Below are positions 1-13,500 of a stretch of DNA of 64,000 nt, one piece after another (the first letter of the stretch is position 1; every line of letters starts with the position of its first letter). Under the pieces are notes generated by a model. It did no database searches. It was not told where the DNA came from and saw only the letters and a list, made by a program, of their open reading frames with translations. A program made the position numbers and the translations under genes. Origin of the DNA: an uncultured Thermoplasmata archaeon (GTDB taxonomy: Archaea; Thermoplasmatota; Thermoplasmata; RBG-16-68-12); contig CAVYJM010000011.1 in NCBI GenBank assembly GCA_963768855.1, positions 288,001-352,000 on the forward strand, in the 5' to 3' direction.

Positions 1-84
1 GCAGGTGCACGGGAGGAGCCGAGCGGAGCCGAGTCCCGATGGGCGGCAATCACCCGATGATGGGACAGAACCGGAATGTACCGC

Positions 85-360
85 TCAGGCGATGTAGGAA
101 TCCGTCGTCCCCTCATAGCTGTCGTACTGGACGAGGACGCCGATGTGGGCCAGGAGCTCGCGGGCCCACTCCCGTGAATACGAGTTCGGAGGCAGGTCGG
201 ACGTCGTCCCGAGCCACTCGAAGATCTCCTTGAACGCGTCCTTCTGCTCGTCCCGCGTCAGCCTCTCTCCGAGGCCGCCCACGGAGGACTCGATCCGGTT
301 CATCGCGAGCACGAACTCCTTCACTTGGGCCAAGAACTTGGCCTTCTCCTCGCGTGTCAT
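85..360 (-). CDS. hypothetical protein (91 aa, helical)
   Basis: ATG at 360 preceded by GGGAGG SD-like sequence; protein-like composition (MTREEKAKFLAQVKEF...); divergent from the Rieske gene. Confidence 0.6.
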   Translation of the reverse strand: MTREEKAKFLAQVKEFVLAMNRIESSVGGLGERLTRDEQKDAFKEIFEWLGTTSDLPPNSYSREWARELLAHIGVLVQYDSYEGTTDSYIA

Positions 361-449
361 GGGGCCGACCTCCCGTCGACGATGCGGCCGTGGCGGGATA
401 AACGTTTGCGAACGAAGGTTCAAGGGGGACCGGGCGGTGGCGGAAACCC

Positions 450-755
450 ATGCCGGAGTCGGTGCGCGTGGCGAGCGCCTCCGAGATCCCTCCTGGGTCG
501 GCCAAGGTCGTCGTCGTCCTGGGTCACCCCGTCGCCGTGTTCAACGTCGACGGCTCGTTCCACGCGGTCTCCAACGTGTGCCTGCATCGCGGCGGACCGA
601 TCGGCGAAGGCACCCTCGACGGCCCGATCGTGACCTGCCCGCTCCACGGATGGGAGTACGACGTCCGCACGGGGAAGAACGTCTCGAACCCGATGGCCCG
701 CTTGCGTACGTACGCGGTCCGGATCGAGGGCGACGACATCCTCGTGAGCCCGTGA
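450..755 (+). CDS. Rieske [2Fe-2S] ferredoxin
   Basis: Rieske ligands CLH (CxH) and CPLH (CxxH), GWEYDVRTG; 101 aa. Confidence 0.9.
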   Translation: MPESVRVASASEIPPGSAKVVVVLGHPVAVFNVDGSFHAVSNVCLHRGGPIGEGTLDGPIVTCPLHGWEYDVRTGKNVSNPMARLRTYAVRIEGDDILVSP

Positions 756-795
756 GGCTCAGCTTTAACCGTGTTCCGGCGGTTCGGCGCCTTCC

Positions 796-3913
<3,118 letters not shown>

Positions 3914-4034
3914 GCCGCACCGCCGCTTGGGGGAACGACCCCGTTGTCTCGGGGATTCCGACGGTGGGTTTAAGCCGGCCTAAATATTGGTCTCGGAACT
4001 GATAGCAGTCAAGGACGCAACTCTGGTGAGACCC

Positions 4035-4628
4035 ATGCCCACGACCCCCGGTGAGGAACCGGAGCTAGCCCCACGGGACGCCCCCGAAAGCGACCCTCGC
4101 GGACCACGCTGGAACGGAGCGTTCGCCGTGGTCCGGACCGTGCTCGACCCCTCTTCGTTGCAGATCCTCCGGGCGACCCATGACCGCGAGTGGAGCGCCC
4201 TCGGGCTGAGTCAACATCTCGGCATCCCGATCGTCGCCTGCTATCGTCGACTCAAGGAGCTCGAGGAGCTCGGGATCATCGCGCCCTCCGGATCGATCGC
4301 GCGTACGGCGGGCCACCCGATCCGGCTCTTCCGGTCCTGCCTGCGCTCCGCCCGGATCAGTTTCGAGGACGGCCGCCTGACCGCGACGATCGAACTCGCG
4401 CGTCCCGGTTCCCAGGCTCCGACTGAGGCCCGGTTCGAGGAAGCGCTCGACCGGAACCCAGTCCGCCGGAAGCGGTCACGCTCGGCGCGCGACCTCGGAG
4501 ACCGCGGCTCCTCGCTCGAACTTGTGCCCCATGGCGAAGAGGGCGCCCTCGATTCCGGTGAAGCAGGCCGCCAGGTCCGGGAACGAGCAGATCCCCATGT
4601 GGCCGATGCGGAAGATCTTGCCCTTTAG
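4035..4628 (+). CDS. winged helix-turn-helix (ArsR-like) regulator
   Basis: LQILRAT...SALGLSQHLGIPIVACYRRLKELEELGII wHTH pattern; C-terminal tail overlaps the convergent aminotransferase by 153 nt. Confidence 0.7.
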   Translation: MPTTPGEEPELAPRDAPESDPRGPRWNGAFAVVRTVLDPSSLQILRATHDREWSALGLSQHLGIPIVACYRRLKELEELGIIAPSGSIARTAGHPIRLFRSCLRSARISFEDGRLTATIELARPGSQAPTEARFEEALDRNPVRRKRSRSARDLGDRGSSLELVPHGEEGALDSGEAGRQVRERADPHVADAEDLAL

Positions 4629-5609
4629 CTGGCTCTGACCCCCCGCGAGGATCACTCGATACTGCTCCCGCAGGATCTTCCGGAACTTCGCGTCGTCCAC
4701 GCCCGGAGGGTATCTCGTGGCCGTGACCGTATTCGAGGCGAAGCGGGCATCCGGGAAGAGATCCACGTCGATGGCCGCGTACGCCACGCGGGCCGCCTCG
4801 GCGAGCTTCCGCGTGCGCGCGATCCGGTTCTCCAGACCTTCCTCCTTGAGGAGGCGGAGCGCCTCGCGGAACGCGAGGAACAGCGGGACGGCGGGTGTGT
4901 ACGGCGTGTCCTGCTTCGCCAGCCCCTCCACGTGGGCCTTCAGGTTCGTGTAGAAGGACGTTTCCGAGTGCAGCGACTCGGTCGCGCGCTTCGAGAGGGC
5001 GACAGCCGCGAGCCCCGCGGGCGCGGCCAGGCACTTCTGCGAGCCCATGACGAGCGCGTCGATCCCCCACTCGTCGAAGTGGTTCTCGAGTCCGCCGACG
5101 GCGGTGATCCCATCCACGAGCAGGAGCTTGTCGTGCTTCTTCACGACCTTGGCGATTTCCGCGATCGGGTTCGTGAGGCCGGTGGAGGTCTCATTCCAGC
5201 AGACGGTCACGGCCTTGTAGGAGCCATCGGCCTCGAGGGCCTCCGCAACGCGCTGCGGGTCGACCGCCTTTCCCCATTCGAACGTGAGCGGGGTGGGCGT
5301 GGCGAAGACGGAGCAGAGGTCGTTGAACCGCTCGCTGAACTTCCCGTTGACCAGGTTCAGCACTTTGTCCTGCTTGCGCAGGAGCCCGGAGACCGCAGAC
5401 TCGAGTCCCGCGGTGCCCGAGCCCGACAGGATCGCGACGTCGCCCTTCGTGCCGAAGAGGTACTGGACGAGGTCACGGAGTTCGGTCAGGATCTCCTTGA
5501 ATTCGGGTCCCCGGTGGTTCAGCGCGGGAGCGGACATCGCCCGCAGCACCCGCGGATGCATCTTCACCGGACCCGGAAGCATAAACACGGTGTCCTCGGC
5601 ATCGGACAT
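4476..5609 (-). CDS. class V PLP aminotransferase (serine-pyruvate/alanine-glyoxylate type)
   Basis: MLPGP, SGSGTAGLE, NETSTG, VDGIT, GSQKCL (PLP lysine), FRIGHMG; 377 aa. Confidence 0.9.
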   Translation of the reverse strand: MSDAEDTVFMLPGPVKMHPRVLRAMSAPALNHRGPEFKEILTELRDLVQYLFGTKGDVAILSGSGTAGLESAVSGLLRKQDKVLNLVNGKFSERFNDLCSVFATPTPLTFEWGKAVDPQRVAEALEADGSYKAVTVCWNETSTGLTNPIAEIAKVVKKHDKLLLVDGITAVGGLENHFDEWGIDALVMGSQKCLAAPAGLAAVALSKRATESLHSETSFYTNLKAHVEGLAKQDTPYTPAVPLFLAFREALRLLKEEGLENRIARTRKLAEAARVAYAAIDVDLFPDARFASNTVTATRYPPGVDDAKFRKILREQYRVILAGGQSQLKGKIFRIGHMGICSFPDLAACFTGIEGALFAMGHKFERGAAVSEVARRA

Positions 5610-5861
5610 GATGGCGAGCCAAGTGGCGACGCGACTTAAACGATTCGTCGATTCTGTTCGGGCTCGTTCGAGGCCTGCCTCAAGTGGCAAAAGGGCGCGC
5701 GTGGCGCGCGCTCCGCCGCCCGCGGGCCGTCCCGCTTCCACGCGAAACGGAGTTCCTTCGCATGATAAAATTCTAGCAACCATTATATATCAACAGCCCA
5801 TTGCGCCGGACAAGCGTCGGTCAAACGAGGTCGACTTGACCCACGCAAGCGGACGATCGCC

Positions 5862-6098
5862 ATGAAGGATGACACCGAGAAGATCACGCTTCGCCTGCCT
5901 AAGCGGTATCTGAAAGCGCTCGACTTCCTCGTCGAGCTCGATGACTTCCCGACCCGCTCGGAGGCAGTGCGCGCCGCGATCCGAGACCTCGTCTACGCGC
6001 GGGTCGAGCTCGTCACGGACAAGCTCAAGAGGATGCAGGAAGCCGAGAAATCGCTCGCGGACATCGAGTCGTTCAAGAAAGAGTTCCTACAGAAGTGA
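5862..6098 (+). CDS. ribbon-helix-helix (CopG/CdrS-like) transcription factor
   Basis: EKITLRLP...FPTRSEAVRAAIRDL RHH signature; upstream AT-rich TATA-like ATTATATAT near 5783. Confidence 0.85.
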   Translation: MKDDTEKITLRLPKRYLKALDFLVELDDFPTRSEAVRAAIRDLVYARVELVTDKLKRMQEAEKSLADIESFKKEFLQK

Positions 6099-6177
6099 GC
6101 AGGGTCAGAAGGGATGGATGCCGCCGGAGGGTGACTTCGCCGCCACGTCTCGACGTCACGATTACCTCCCCCCCAAC

Positions 6178-6209
6178 TGGGTGGCCATCGCGCCACCCAC
6201 TTTTCTTTT
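6178..6209 (+). terminator. hairpin + T-tract terminator after the RHH gene
   Basis: 8-bp stem TGGGTGGC/GCCACCCA (6178-6199) followed by TTTTCTTTT. Confidence 0.5.
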
Positions 6210-6317
6210 GAAGCTCGGACCTGCATGGTCTTCCGCTTCCTGAGAATCGCTCTCGAAAACCGGACTTGATAGCGGGCTCGCCACGGCTATACCCCCCGCG
6301 CCCCCGTGGGCGCCGCG

Positions 6318-6569
6318 ATGGCGACGATCACGGCCACGGAGAGCGTGGCGGAGCTCGCGCTGCCTCCCGTCTCGCTCATCTCCGAGGTCCGGCTGTTCCT
6401 CTGGCTCGCGTCCGGGATGTTCAGCGTCTCGGCCCTCGCCCTTGCCTTCCTTGACTACTGGGTCGTCGCGTCCTCGAGTGCGGCGGAGACCCACTTCGTC
6501 GCGGCGGTCGTCTCGGCGGCGCTCTTCGGCGTGGCGACCCTCTTGAAGCTCGGGCCCGGCGAGGCCTGA
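6318..6569 (+). CDS. small 2-TM membrane protein
   Basis: two hydrophobic helices; 83 aa from ATG 6318. Confidence 0.55.
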   Translation: MATITATESVAELALPPVSLISEVRLFLWLASGMFSVSALALAFLDYWVVASSSAAETHFVAAVVSAALFGVATLLKLGPGEA

Positions 6570-6630
6570 ACCGCTCCGCGTCGCGAACCCCGCCGAACGT
6601 TTATCTACGCAGGTCCCCATCGCCGCGCAT

Positions 6631-7146
6631 GTGGAGCGGGAGGTCTGGGTCCGAGCCGGGATGTTCGCGGCCATCATCGTCCTCGTGGCCCTCATCCTCG
6701 TCACGCCGAGCCTCATGGGCCATCCGTCTCCCCTCGCCCCGCCCCTCCTGATCGTCGGGGTCACGCCGGACCAGGCGAATCTCACGATTTACGTCGCGGC
6801 GTCCATCCAGGCCAACCTGTATGAAGACATTACGCTCAATGTGACGCGGCTCAACGCCGCGAACCAGAGCGTCGCCTGGACCAATGTCTCGGAGGCCTTC
6901 TCGTACGGCATCGAAATGAAGGTCCCGCTCAACCTCACCTACTGGCGGATCCATGTGTGGCTTCAGGACCAGCAGGGCAACTACTTCGAGTACAACGTGA
7001 GCCTGAGGACCTACTTGGACCGGAGCAACAGCTTCCAGCTGACCATGGCCTTCACCTCACCTGACGACAACTCGACGACGGTCGCGACCGCCGTTCCACC
7101 GGATGACTTCCGCGTCCCGATTCCACGTCGAGGGACCCTGTCATGA
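6631..7146 (+). CDS. membrane-anchored secreted protein
   Basis: N-terminal TM/signal, beta-rich ectodomain with several N-x-S/T sequons; ATGA overlap with the next gene. Confidence 0.7.
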   Translation: MEREVWVRAGMFAAIIVLVALILVTPSLMGHPSPLAPPLLIVGVTPDQANLTIYVAASIQANLYEDITLNVTRLNAANQSVAWTNVSEAFSYGIEMKVPLNLTYWRIHVWLQDQQGNYFEYNVSLRTYLDRSNSFQLTMAFTSPDDNSTTVATAVPPDDFRVPIPRRGTLS

Positions 7147-7481
7147 AGCTCTCCCGCTGGACGCTCCTGTGGCTTCTGATCATCGGCGTCCTCGTGGCCA
7201 TCTGGCTCAGCGTCTTCACCGGCTACCTGACGCCTGGCGACATCGTCGGTTCCTTCCTCGGTCTGGTCTTCGCCATGGTCGTCATCTCGGTCCTGGCAAT
7301 CATCGGGGCCGTGTTCCTGGGGATGGTCATCAGCCACCGGATCATGTCGGGCCAAGGCTTCACCCCGTTCGAGGAGGAGATGTTGAAGATGCGCCAGGAG
7401 GTCCGCGAGCTCCACGACCGGATCGACGCGATCGCCGCGAAGCTGGGAGCGGGGCCGGACCCCAAGGACCGCACGCGCTAG
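7143..7481 (+). CDS. 2-TM membrane protein with C-terminal coiled coil
   Basis: two long hydrophobic segments then EEEMLKMRQEVRELHDRIDAIAAKL; translationally coupled to the upstream gene. Confidence 0.7.
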   Translation: MKLSRWTLLWLLIIGVLVAIWLSVFTGYLTPGDIVGSFLGLVFAMVVISVLAIIGAVFLGMVISHRIMSGQGFTPFEEEMLKMRQEVRELHDRIDAIAAKLGAGPDPKDRTR

Positions 7482-8479
7482 GCGAGCCGCTCGGGGCACA
7501 CGGAGCGCCTCGAGCAATGCACGCACTTCCCGGGACGGCTATGGTTCCGGTGCGCCTCACCCTGAGCCACGCAGCGCCGCATCTCCCCCACCTTGGTCAG
7601 GACGAGCCGCTTCAGGTCCTCGTTGTACTCGATGTCGTGGCTCGCGTCCTCGTACCGGATGACCCCGTGGGGCGGTGCCTTCCCGTACTCCTCCTCGATG
7701 AGGAGGCAGTACGCCGCAATCTGCAGGATGTGGGAGAACAGGGGTCCTCGCGGGGTGCGTCCGGTCTTCACCTCGACGGGGATGTGCTGGTCCCCCTCGA
7801 GGAGGACGGCGTCCGGACGGCCCGAGAGACCGTACCGTTTTGCGACGAACAGCTTCGGCTTCTCCCGCTCGGAGTCGATGTAGACGAGGTCGCCCTCCGT
7901 CATCGCATACTTCTCGCGGGTCTCGGTCGCCTTCGCGGCGGAGCGCATCGAGCGGTAGAGGAAGACGCTGGCCCCGATGAGCCAGGCGAGCGCGAGGGCC
8001 ATGAACGCCTCGGCGAGGAGGGAGTTCACGAAGCCGGGGATGGAGACTGCGGCGACCGCGAACACCGCGGCGCCCATCGCGAACACGAGGATGACCCGTT
8101 CGGAGAGGAACCGTTCCTGCTCCGAGGAGCGGTGCTCCGCCCGGTACAAGAAGTAGACGGCGGACAAGAGCCAAATCAGAGACACGGCCGAGAGGAGGCG
8201 CGCGATCTCGATCGCGAAGTCGACCAGGAACGTCACGCCGACGATCGCGATGATCGTGGCGGCGATCGCGAAGTACATGACGCCGGCCTCGGACTCGAGC
8301 GCCGTGGTCTCATGGACCCCGATCCCTTTCAGATCCTCCGAGACGGCCGAGTGCCGCCTCTCCCCCTCCACGATCTCCGGCCCCTCCTCCGGGGCCATCC
8401 CGCGGCTCAGCCACCAGCTCAGGGGACAGTACCCGAACTTCTCCAGATCGGCGGCGGAGATGAGCTCGGAGGCGGCCAC
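7478..8479 (-). CDS. solo Cas4-like PD-(D/E)xK nuclease with Fe-S cysteines and a 4-TM insertion
   Basis: N-terminal ISAADLEKFGYCP, GLSGRPD, VEVKTG, QIAAY, C-terminal CxxCx5C; four hydrophobic helices between Cys1 and the nuclease core; no CRISPR array or cas1/cas2 nearby. Confidence 0.85.
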   Translation of the reverse strand: MAASELISAADLEKFGYCPLSWWLSRGMAPEEGPEIVEGERRHSAVSEDLKGIGVHETTALESEAGVMYFAIAATIIAIVGVTFLVDFAIEIARLLSAVSLIWLLSAVYFLYRAEHRSSEQERFLSERVILVFAMGAAVFAVAAVSIPGFVNSLLAEAFMALALAWLIGASVFLYRSMRSAAKATETREKYAMTEGDLVYIDSEREKPKLFVAKRYGLSGRPDAVLLEGDQHIPVEVKTGRTPRGPLFSHILQIAAYCLLIEEEYGKAPPHGVIRYEDASHDIEYNEDLKRLVLTKVGEMRRCVAQGEAHRNHSRPGKCVHCSRRSVCPERLA

Positions 8480-10395
8480 GTCGAATCATCCCAGCCCGGG
8501 GCTTTAGACCTTTGTCCGTCCGTCTCATTTTCCGCAGCGAGAGGGCTGACGCCACCGCGACGAACGCGTAGATCGCCGCGACGACCGCGGGGTCGTCGAT
8601 CGTACGGTCCTCCCCAAGGCCGGGCCGGCGGCCCTCCCAGTCCATGAGGAACGCGTCCTCGAACCGGGCGGCGACCTCGGGGTCCTCGAGCAGGAGCCCG
8701 ATTTCGCGGTTCTCCGTGGCGGAGCCGTGCGCCCAGTTCAGGCTCGACACGAGCGCTGCGCGACCGTCGACAACGATCCCCTTGTTGTGGACCCGTTCGA
8801 TCGAGCCGCCCGGGGTCAGGACCCGTGCCTCCAGGTCCACACCCTCCCGCATCGCCCGGTCGTTCAGGCGCGACGCGAGCTCCGCGTTCCCGGTGACCTC
8901 CGCCTCGGACGACCAGTTGCTGCCATCGAGGAGGATGCGGACCCTCACGCCGCGGTTCGCTGCGGCGAAGACCGTCTCGAGCAGGACGTTCGGTCGGTCG
9001 CCCCAGGGATCGTCCGCGTAGAAGGCTTCGACCCAGACATGGTCCCGGGCGGATGCGATGGCCTGCAGCCAGCCGTCGGTCGAGAGGGCGTCGTCCGGTC
9101 CCACGACCAGGCGGAGGGTGCGTGCGCCCGAGAGGACCGCGGGCCGCCAAGGGAGGATCGGCCCCGAGGCGGGAGTCTTTCCCGCGCTCCACCCCCGTCG
9201 CAGGGACGGAGTCGGCCCGGCTCGGGTCGAAGTCCTCCTCGAAGACCTCCCAGAGCTGCCCCGCGAGCGCGCGGTCCTCGACGATGACGGACCAGCCGCG
9301 GTTGCCCGGTTCGCCGGAGGCCGGGAACCCGGAATCCCCGAAGTTCTCCGAGCTCACGACGATCGCCTCGCCGTCCACGATGGCATACTTCGCGTGCAGG
9401 TACCGGTAGCGCTTGACCGCGTCCGCCACGGAGCTGAGGCACCGCACCTGGGCTCCGGCCGCCAGGAGATCCGACACGACGTGTCGCTCGTCCTCGTCGA
9501 TGCCTCCGACGGGTGCGCCTTCGAGGAGCACTCGGACCCGCACCCCGCTACGGGCGCGGTCCACGAGGACCGCGTCAATCGCCTCGCTCGTGAGCGTGTA
9601 CACGGCGACCTCGAGCGTCCGGTCCGCCGAGGCGAGGAACGAGAGCAGCGGGCCGCGCCCATCCTCGGGCGACAGGACGACCGCGGGGACCGCCGCGATC
9701 TCCAGGGCTGGCGGGTCGAAGGCCGACTGTCCGAGCCGGTACGCCCGGACGCCGTCCCAGTCCCCCGCCGCGTCATGATCGAGCTCCCCGTCCTCTGAGG
9801 CGGTCCGCGCGGCTACCTCGCCCTTCCCGGGCGCCGCCGCAGGCGGACCGCTCCACCCCGAGCCCGCGTACGCGGAGGCGCCGTAGACATAGGCGTCCAC
9901 GGTGGCCCCGGCCGCGTCGGCGAGGAGGACCTCGTCGCCCCCGTCCGCGAGGCGAAGGACCTCGCCCCCCATGCGCGGGGCGTCGCCCTGGTCGTACGTG
10001 AAGTCGGCGGGCCGCCGGACATCTTCCGCGTAGCTCGTCGCGTTCCGCGTCGCGACGATCCGGGTCGAGGGCGCGAGGACGGTTCCCGGGGGGAAGGTGG
10101 CGGCCGCCTCCCGGTCGGTGAGGGACCAGCCGGAGAGGTCGACCGCGGCGGGGCCAAAGTTCGCCAGCTCGACGAACTCGTCGTCGCGGGCGGCGTTCGG
10201 GTAGATGTGGGTCAGGAGCACTCCGGGCCCCAGCTCAGAGGGAAAAAGGGGGGCCGCGGGCGGTGGGGGAGGAGAGCCGGCATCCGCGCCGCGACCCGGG
10301 AGGGGGAGGCCGGACGCGAGGAGGATCGCGACGAAGAGGAGGGCCGCCGCGGACCGCGCGTCCGTCACGATGGCGGGACGCGTGGCGCGCGGCAT
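8310..10395 (-). pseudogene. secreted lamin-tail-domain + double-HKD phospholipase D-family protein, split by an apparent 1-nt frameshift
   Basis: frame A has signal peptide, LTD (EFVELANFGPAAVDLSGWSLTD) and HAKYAIVD; frame B has HNKGIVVD...SSLNW...NREIG and a C-terminal TM; the frame switch lies at about 9125-9210. May be a sequencing error rather than a true pseudogene. Confidence 0.8.
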
Positions 10396-10533
10396 AAGGC
10401 GTGGGCGTACACGCACGCTACGTTCCTCCCTGGGAATCGGGGCGTTCCTCCCTGAAAAAAAATCAGGTGGGATAACCGTGACCACTTGGTCTTTTATCCC
10501 GGCGAGGAACGGAATGACCCGAGGCGCGTGGGA

Positions 10534-13500
10534 GTGAACTCGCGAGCATCAGCCGTCGCACTCGTGATCCTGGGGCTCCTGCTCCTGGCCCCGCTCCTCG
10601 CCCCGTGGGCCGCGCAATCCCCGGCCCTCCATCCTCGAGCCGGGGTGGCGTCCGGGATTGGACCGTCCGCACTCCCTTCGCCGGGCCCGCAGCCCCTCGC
10701 GGCGACCGTGTCCCTCGCGTTGACCACGTCCACGCGGGCCGCAGATCCGAAGGACCCAGCCCGGTTCACGGTCTACTTCAATAACACGGGCGACCAGGCC
10801 GCCCCGAGCGTCTGGATCAATTTCACGGCGCCCGGCGGCCTCCTCTTCCAGGGAGACACCGCCGCGGGGAACGCCTCGGGCTATCCCCGCTACCGCTTCG
10901 ACAACCTCGGGCTGGGCCTCCACGAGTTCCAGATCAGCTTCATCATCGCGATCGGGACAGCGCCGGGAAGCCTCCTGACCCTGTCCGCGACGATGGTGTA
11001 CTCCGACGGGACGGGCGCCCAGCGGTTCGTCGGACCCGCCACCGCATCGGTCCTCGTTGGGGTCGTGACGAAGCAGCTGTACCTCGGCTGGTCCGCATCC
11101 ACCCCGGGCGTGCTGAGCCCGGTGCCTCCCACGGGAGGGCTCCTCTCGCAGGGGACCTTCACCCTGACGAAGGGCGGACCCGCGGTGAACTTCGACCTCG
11201 TCCCGGCCCTCGCCCGGCCGTTCCGCGCGCTCAACGTGACCGCGGTCCTCTACGTCCAGCCGGTCTCCACGCCCACGAACCTGGACATGAACCTCACCCT
11301 GATCGACGTGAACGGGGCCGCCACGAACGCCGTGAAGAGCGTCGAGCAGGTCAACGCTGTCACGGGCTCGGGCTACTGGACTCTCTTCTACACGTTCCCC
11401 TCCATGAACTACCTCTTCTCCGCGGGCCACCAGATCCGCCTCCAGGTGCTGAACACCGCGGCCAGCGGGCAGAGCGCGCTCCTCGCGACGAACGCGACGG
11501 CGGAGCCCTCCCGGATCAGCGTGCAGACGACGACCTACGTGACGGTCGACTCCCTCGCCCCACCTGTGAGCCCGCCGACGTACCTCTCCCCGAAGTCCTC
11601 CCTCGTGGTCACCGCGAACGTCTCCGACCCCTTCGGCAGCCGCGAGATCGTCGACGCGCGCCTGAACCTGACCGGACCGTCCGGCGCGATCGTCACGTGG
11701 CTCTCCCTCCTCCCCGCCGCGGCCGTGGACCCCTCGAGCCCGTCCGCCTGGAAGCTGTTCCGGTACACTCGGGCCCCGTCCCTCGCGAACGGCACGTACT
11801 CGATCGAGCTCACAGCGATCGAGCGGAACGGCGTGGTCGACGTCGCGGCCGGTTCCGCGACCGTGCGCGCCCCCGCCTTCGCCTTCCAGAAGGTCTCCAG
11901 CGTCACGCAGGCGAAGTCCGGAGTCAAGTTCACGTACTCGCTCTGGTACAACAACACGGGCACGGGGCCCGCGGGCACCGTCTGGGTGAACGACACGCTG
12001 CCCAGCCAGGTGAACTTCCTGTCGACTGTGCCGACCTTCACCTCGTCGAGCGGGAGCACGTACCGCTGGGTCCTTCCGTCCGTGGCGATCGGGGCCCACG
12101 TGATCCAGATGAATGTCCAGGTCAAGGGTGGCGTCTCGGGGGTGGGCTACATCCGCAACTGGGCCAGCCTCAACTTCTCGGACGAACACGGCTTCCTGTG
12201 GCCCGCGCAGATCAGCCACGCGGACGTCGTGCTCAACGGCCCCTTCCTCACGCTCGGCGTGACGAGCGCGCCGGCGGGCTTCGTGCACTCGAACCAGCCG
12301 GTCGTGTATACGATCAACCTGACGAACTCGGGGGACGCGGCGAACACGATCTGGCTCAACGTCACCCTCCCCTCCGGGCTCGCCTACGTTGGGGACACTT
12401 CCGCTTCGCTCGGTGGCACGCGGACCGTGGTCGGGAACACCATCCGCTTCATCTTCTCGAACATGCCGTCCGGGAGCGGCACTCCCGTGACGTGGGCCTT
12501 CACGATGACCGCTAGGGCGGCCGCGGGTCTCCCCTGGGGCACGATGCTGACGAGCCACCTGGCGCTGAACGACACGAGCGCGACGAACTTGCTCATGCCG
12601 GAGCAGAGCTTGGACTTCCCGCTGACCGTCGCGTCGCCGTCGATCTCCGCCGGTACGGTGTCCTTCGGCGTGCCGGCGGCGGCCCCGCTCATCCCTCTCT
12701 CCGTCTACGTGAACTTCACGAACTCGGGCAACGAGCCCGCGAGTCCGGTCTGGATCAACCTGACCCTGGACCCGTTCCTCCGCTTCTCCAGCTCCCCCTT
12801 GCCCTCCTCGGCCACGAACCGGACCGTCCATCTCACGATGTCGAACGCGGCCACGGGTGCAGACAGCGCGTTGCTGTACGTGGTCGCCCTCGTCAACGTC
12901 ACGGACCGGCAGGTGCTCTCTGTGGGCGGCGGGCTGGCCGGCTCGGACGGGTTCGGCAACCCCGTCGCTCCCGTCTCCCTGACGAGCGGATCCGTGGCCG
13001 TGGCTCTGCCGCGACTCAATTTCACCCTCTCGCCCGGAGCGACGACCGCGGAGGCGGGGAGCGTCATCCGGTTCACGATCACGGGAGGCAACACGGGAAG
13101 CGGCGCCGCCTCGGCGGTCTGGCTGAACCTCACCCTCCCGTCGACCCTCGACTACCTATCCGACTCCCTCGGCGCGGGGCCCGTGGTCCTGGGCTCGAGC
13201 TACTCGTGGCACTGGACTACCTACGCGCCCGGCGTGCACACGTACTTCCTAAACCTCACCGCGGGGGGCTCGGCGCTGGACCGCACGAGCGCCGATCTCA
13301 CGTTCTCCGTTCAGGCGTTCGACCTCAGCAGGCGGCCGCAACCCGTCGCCACGTTCGGGGGCCGGGTGGGCTTCCTGTCGCCGATGTGGCTCCTGTCCAT
13401 CACGCCGAATCGCAACACCACCCTTCCGGGCGGGACGTGCAACTACACGGTGCGCGTCGAGAACGTCGGCTCGACCGCCGCCCACTTCCTCTGGTTGACC

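Noticed and set aside
9170-9190. Programmed -1 frameshift at GGGAAAG in the PLD gene
   Set aside because: The heptamer is not in X XXY YYZ phase and the required shift is +1, not -1
7000-11000. CRISPR locus around the cas4-like gene
   Set aside because: No repeat-spacer array and no cas1/cas2 or effector genes seen anywhere in the window
10549-12831. Long antisense or alternate-frame ORFs (e.g. 10549-12831, 31061-32890, 56357-59290, 7103-8647, 42486-44171)
   Set aside because: Shadow ORFs of real genes in high-GC DNA; Arg/Gly/Pro-rich with no motifs
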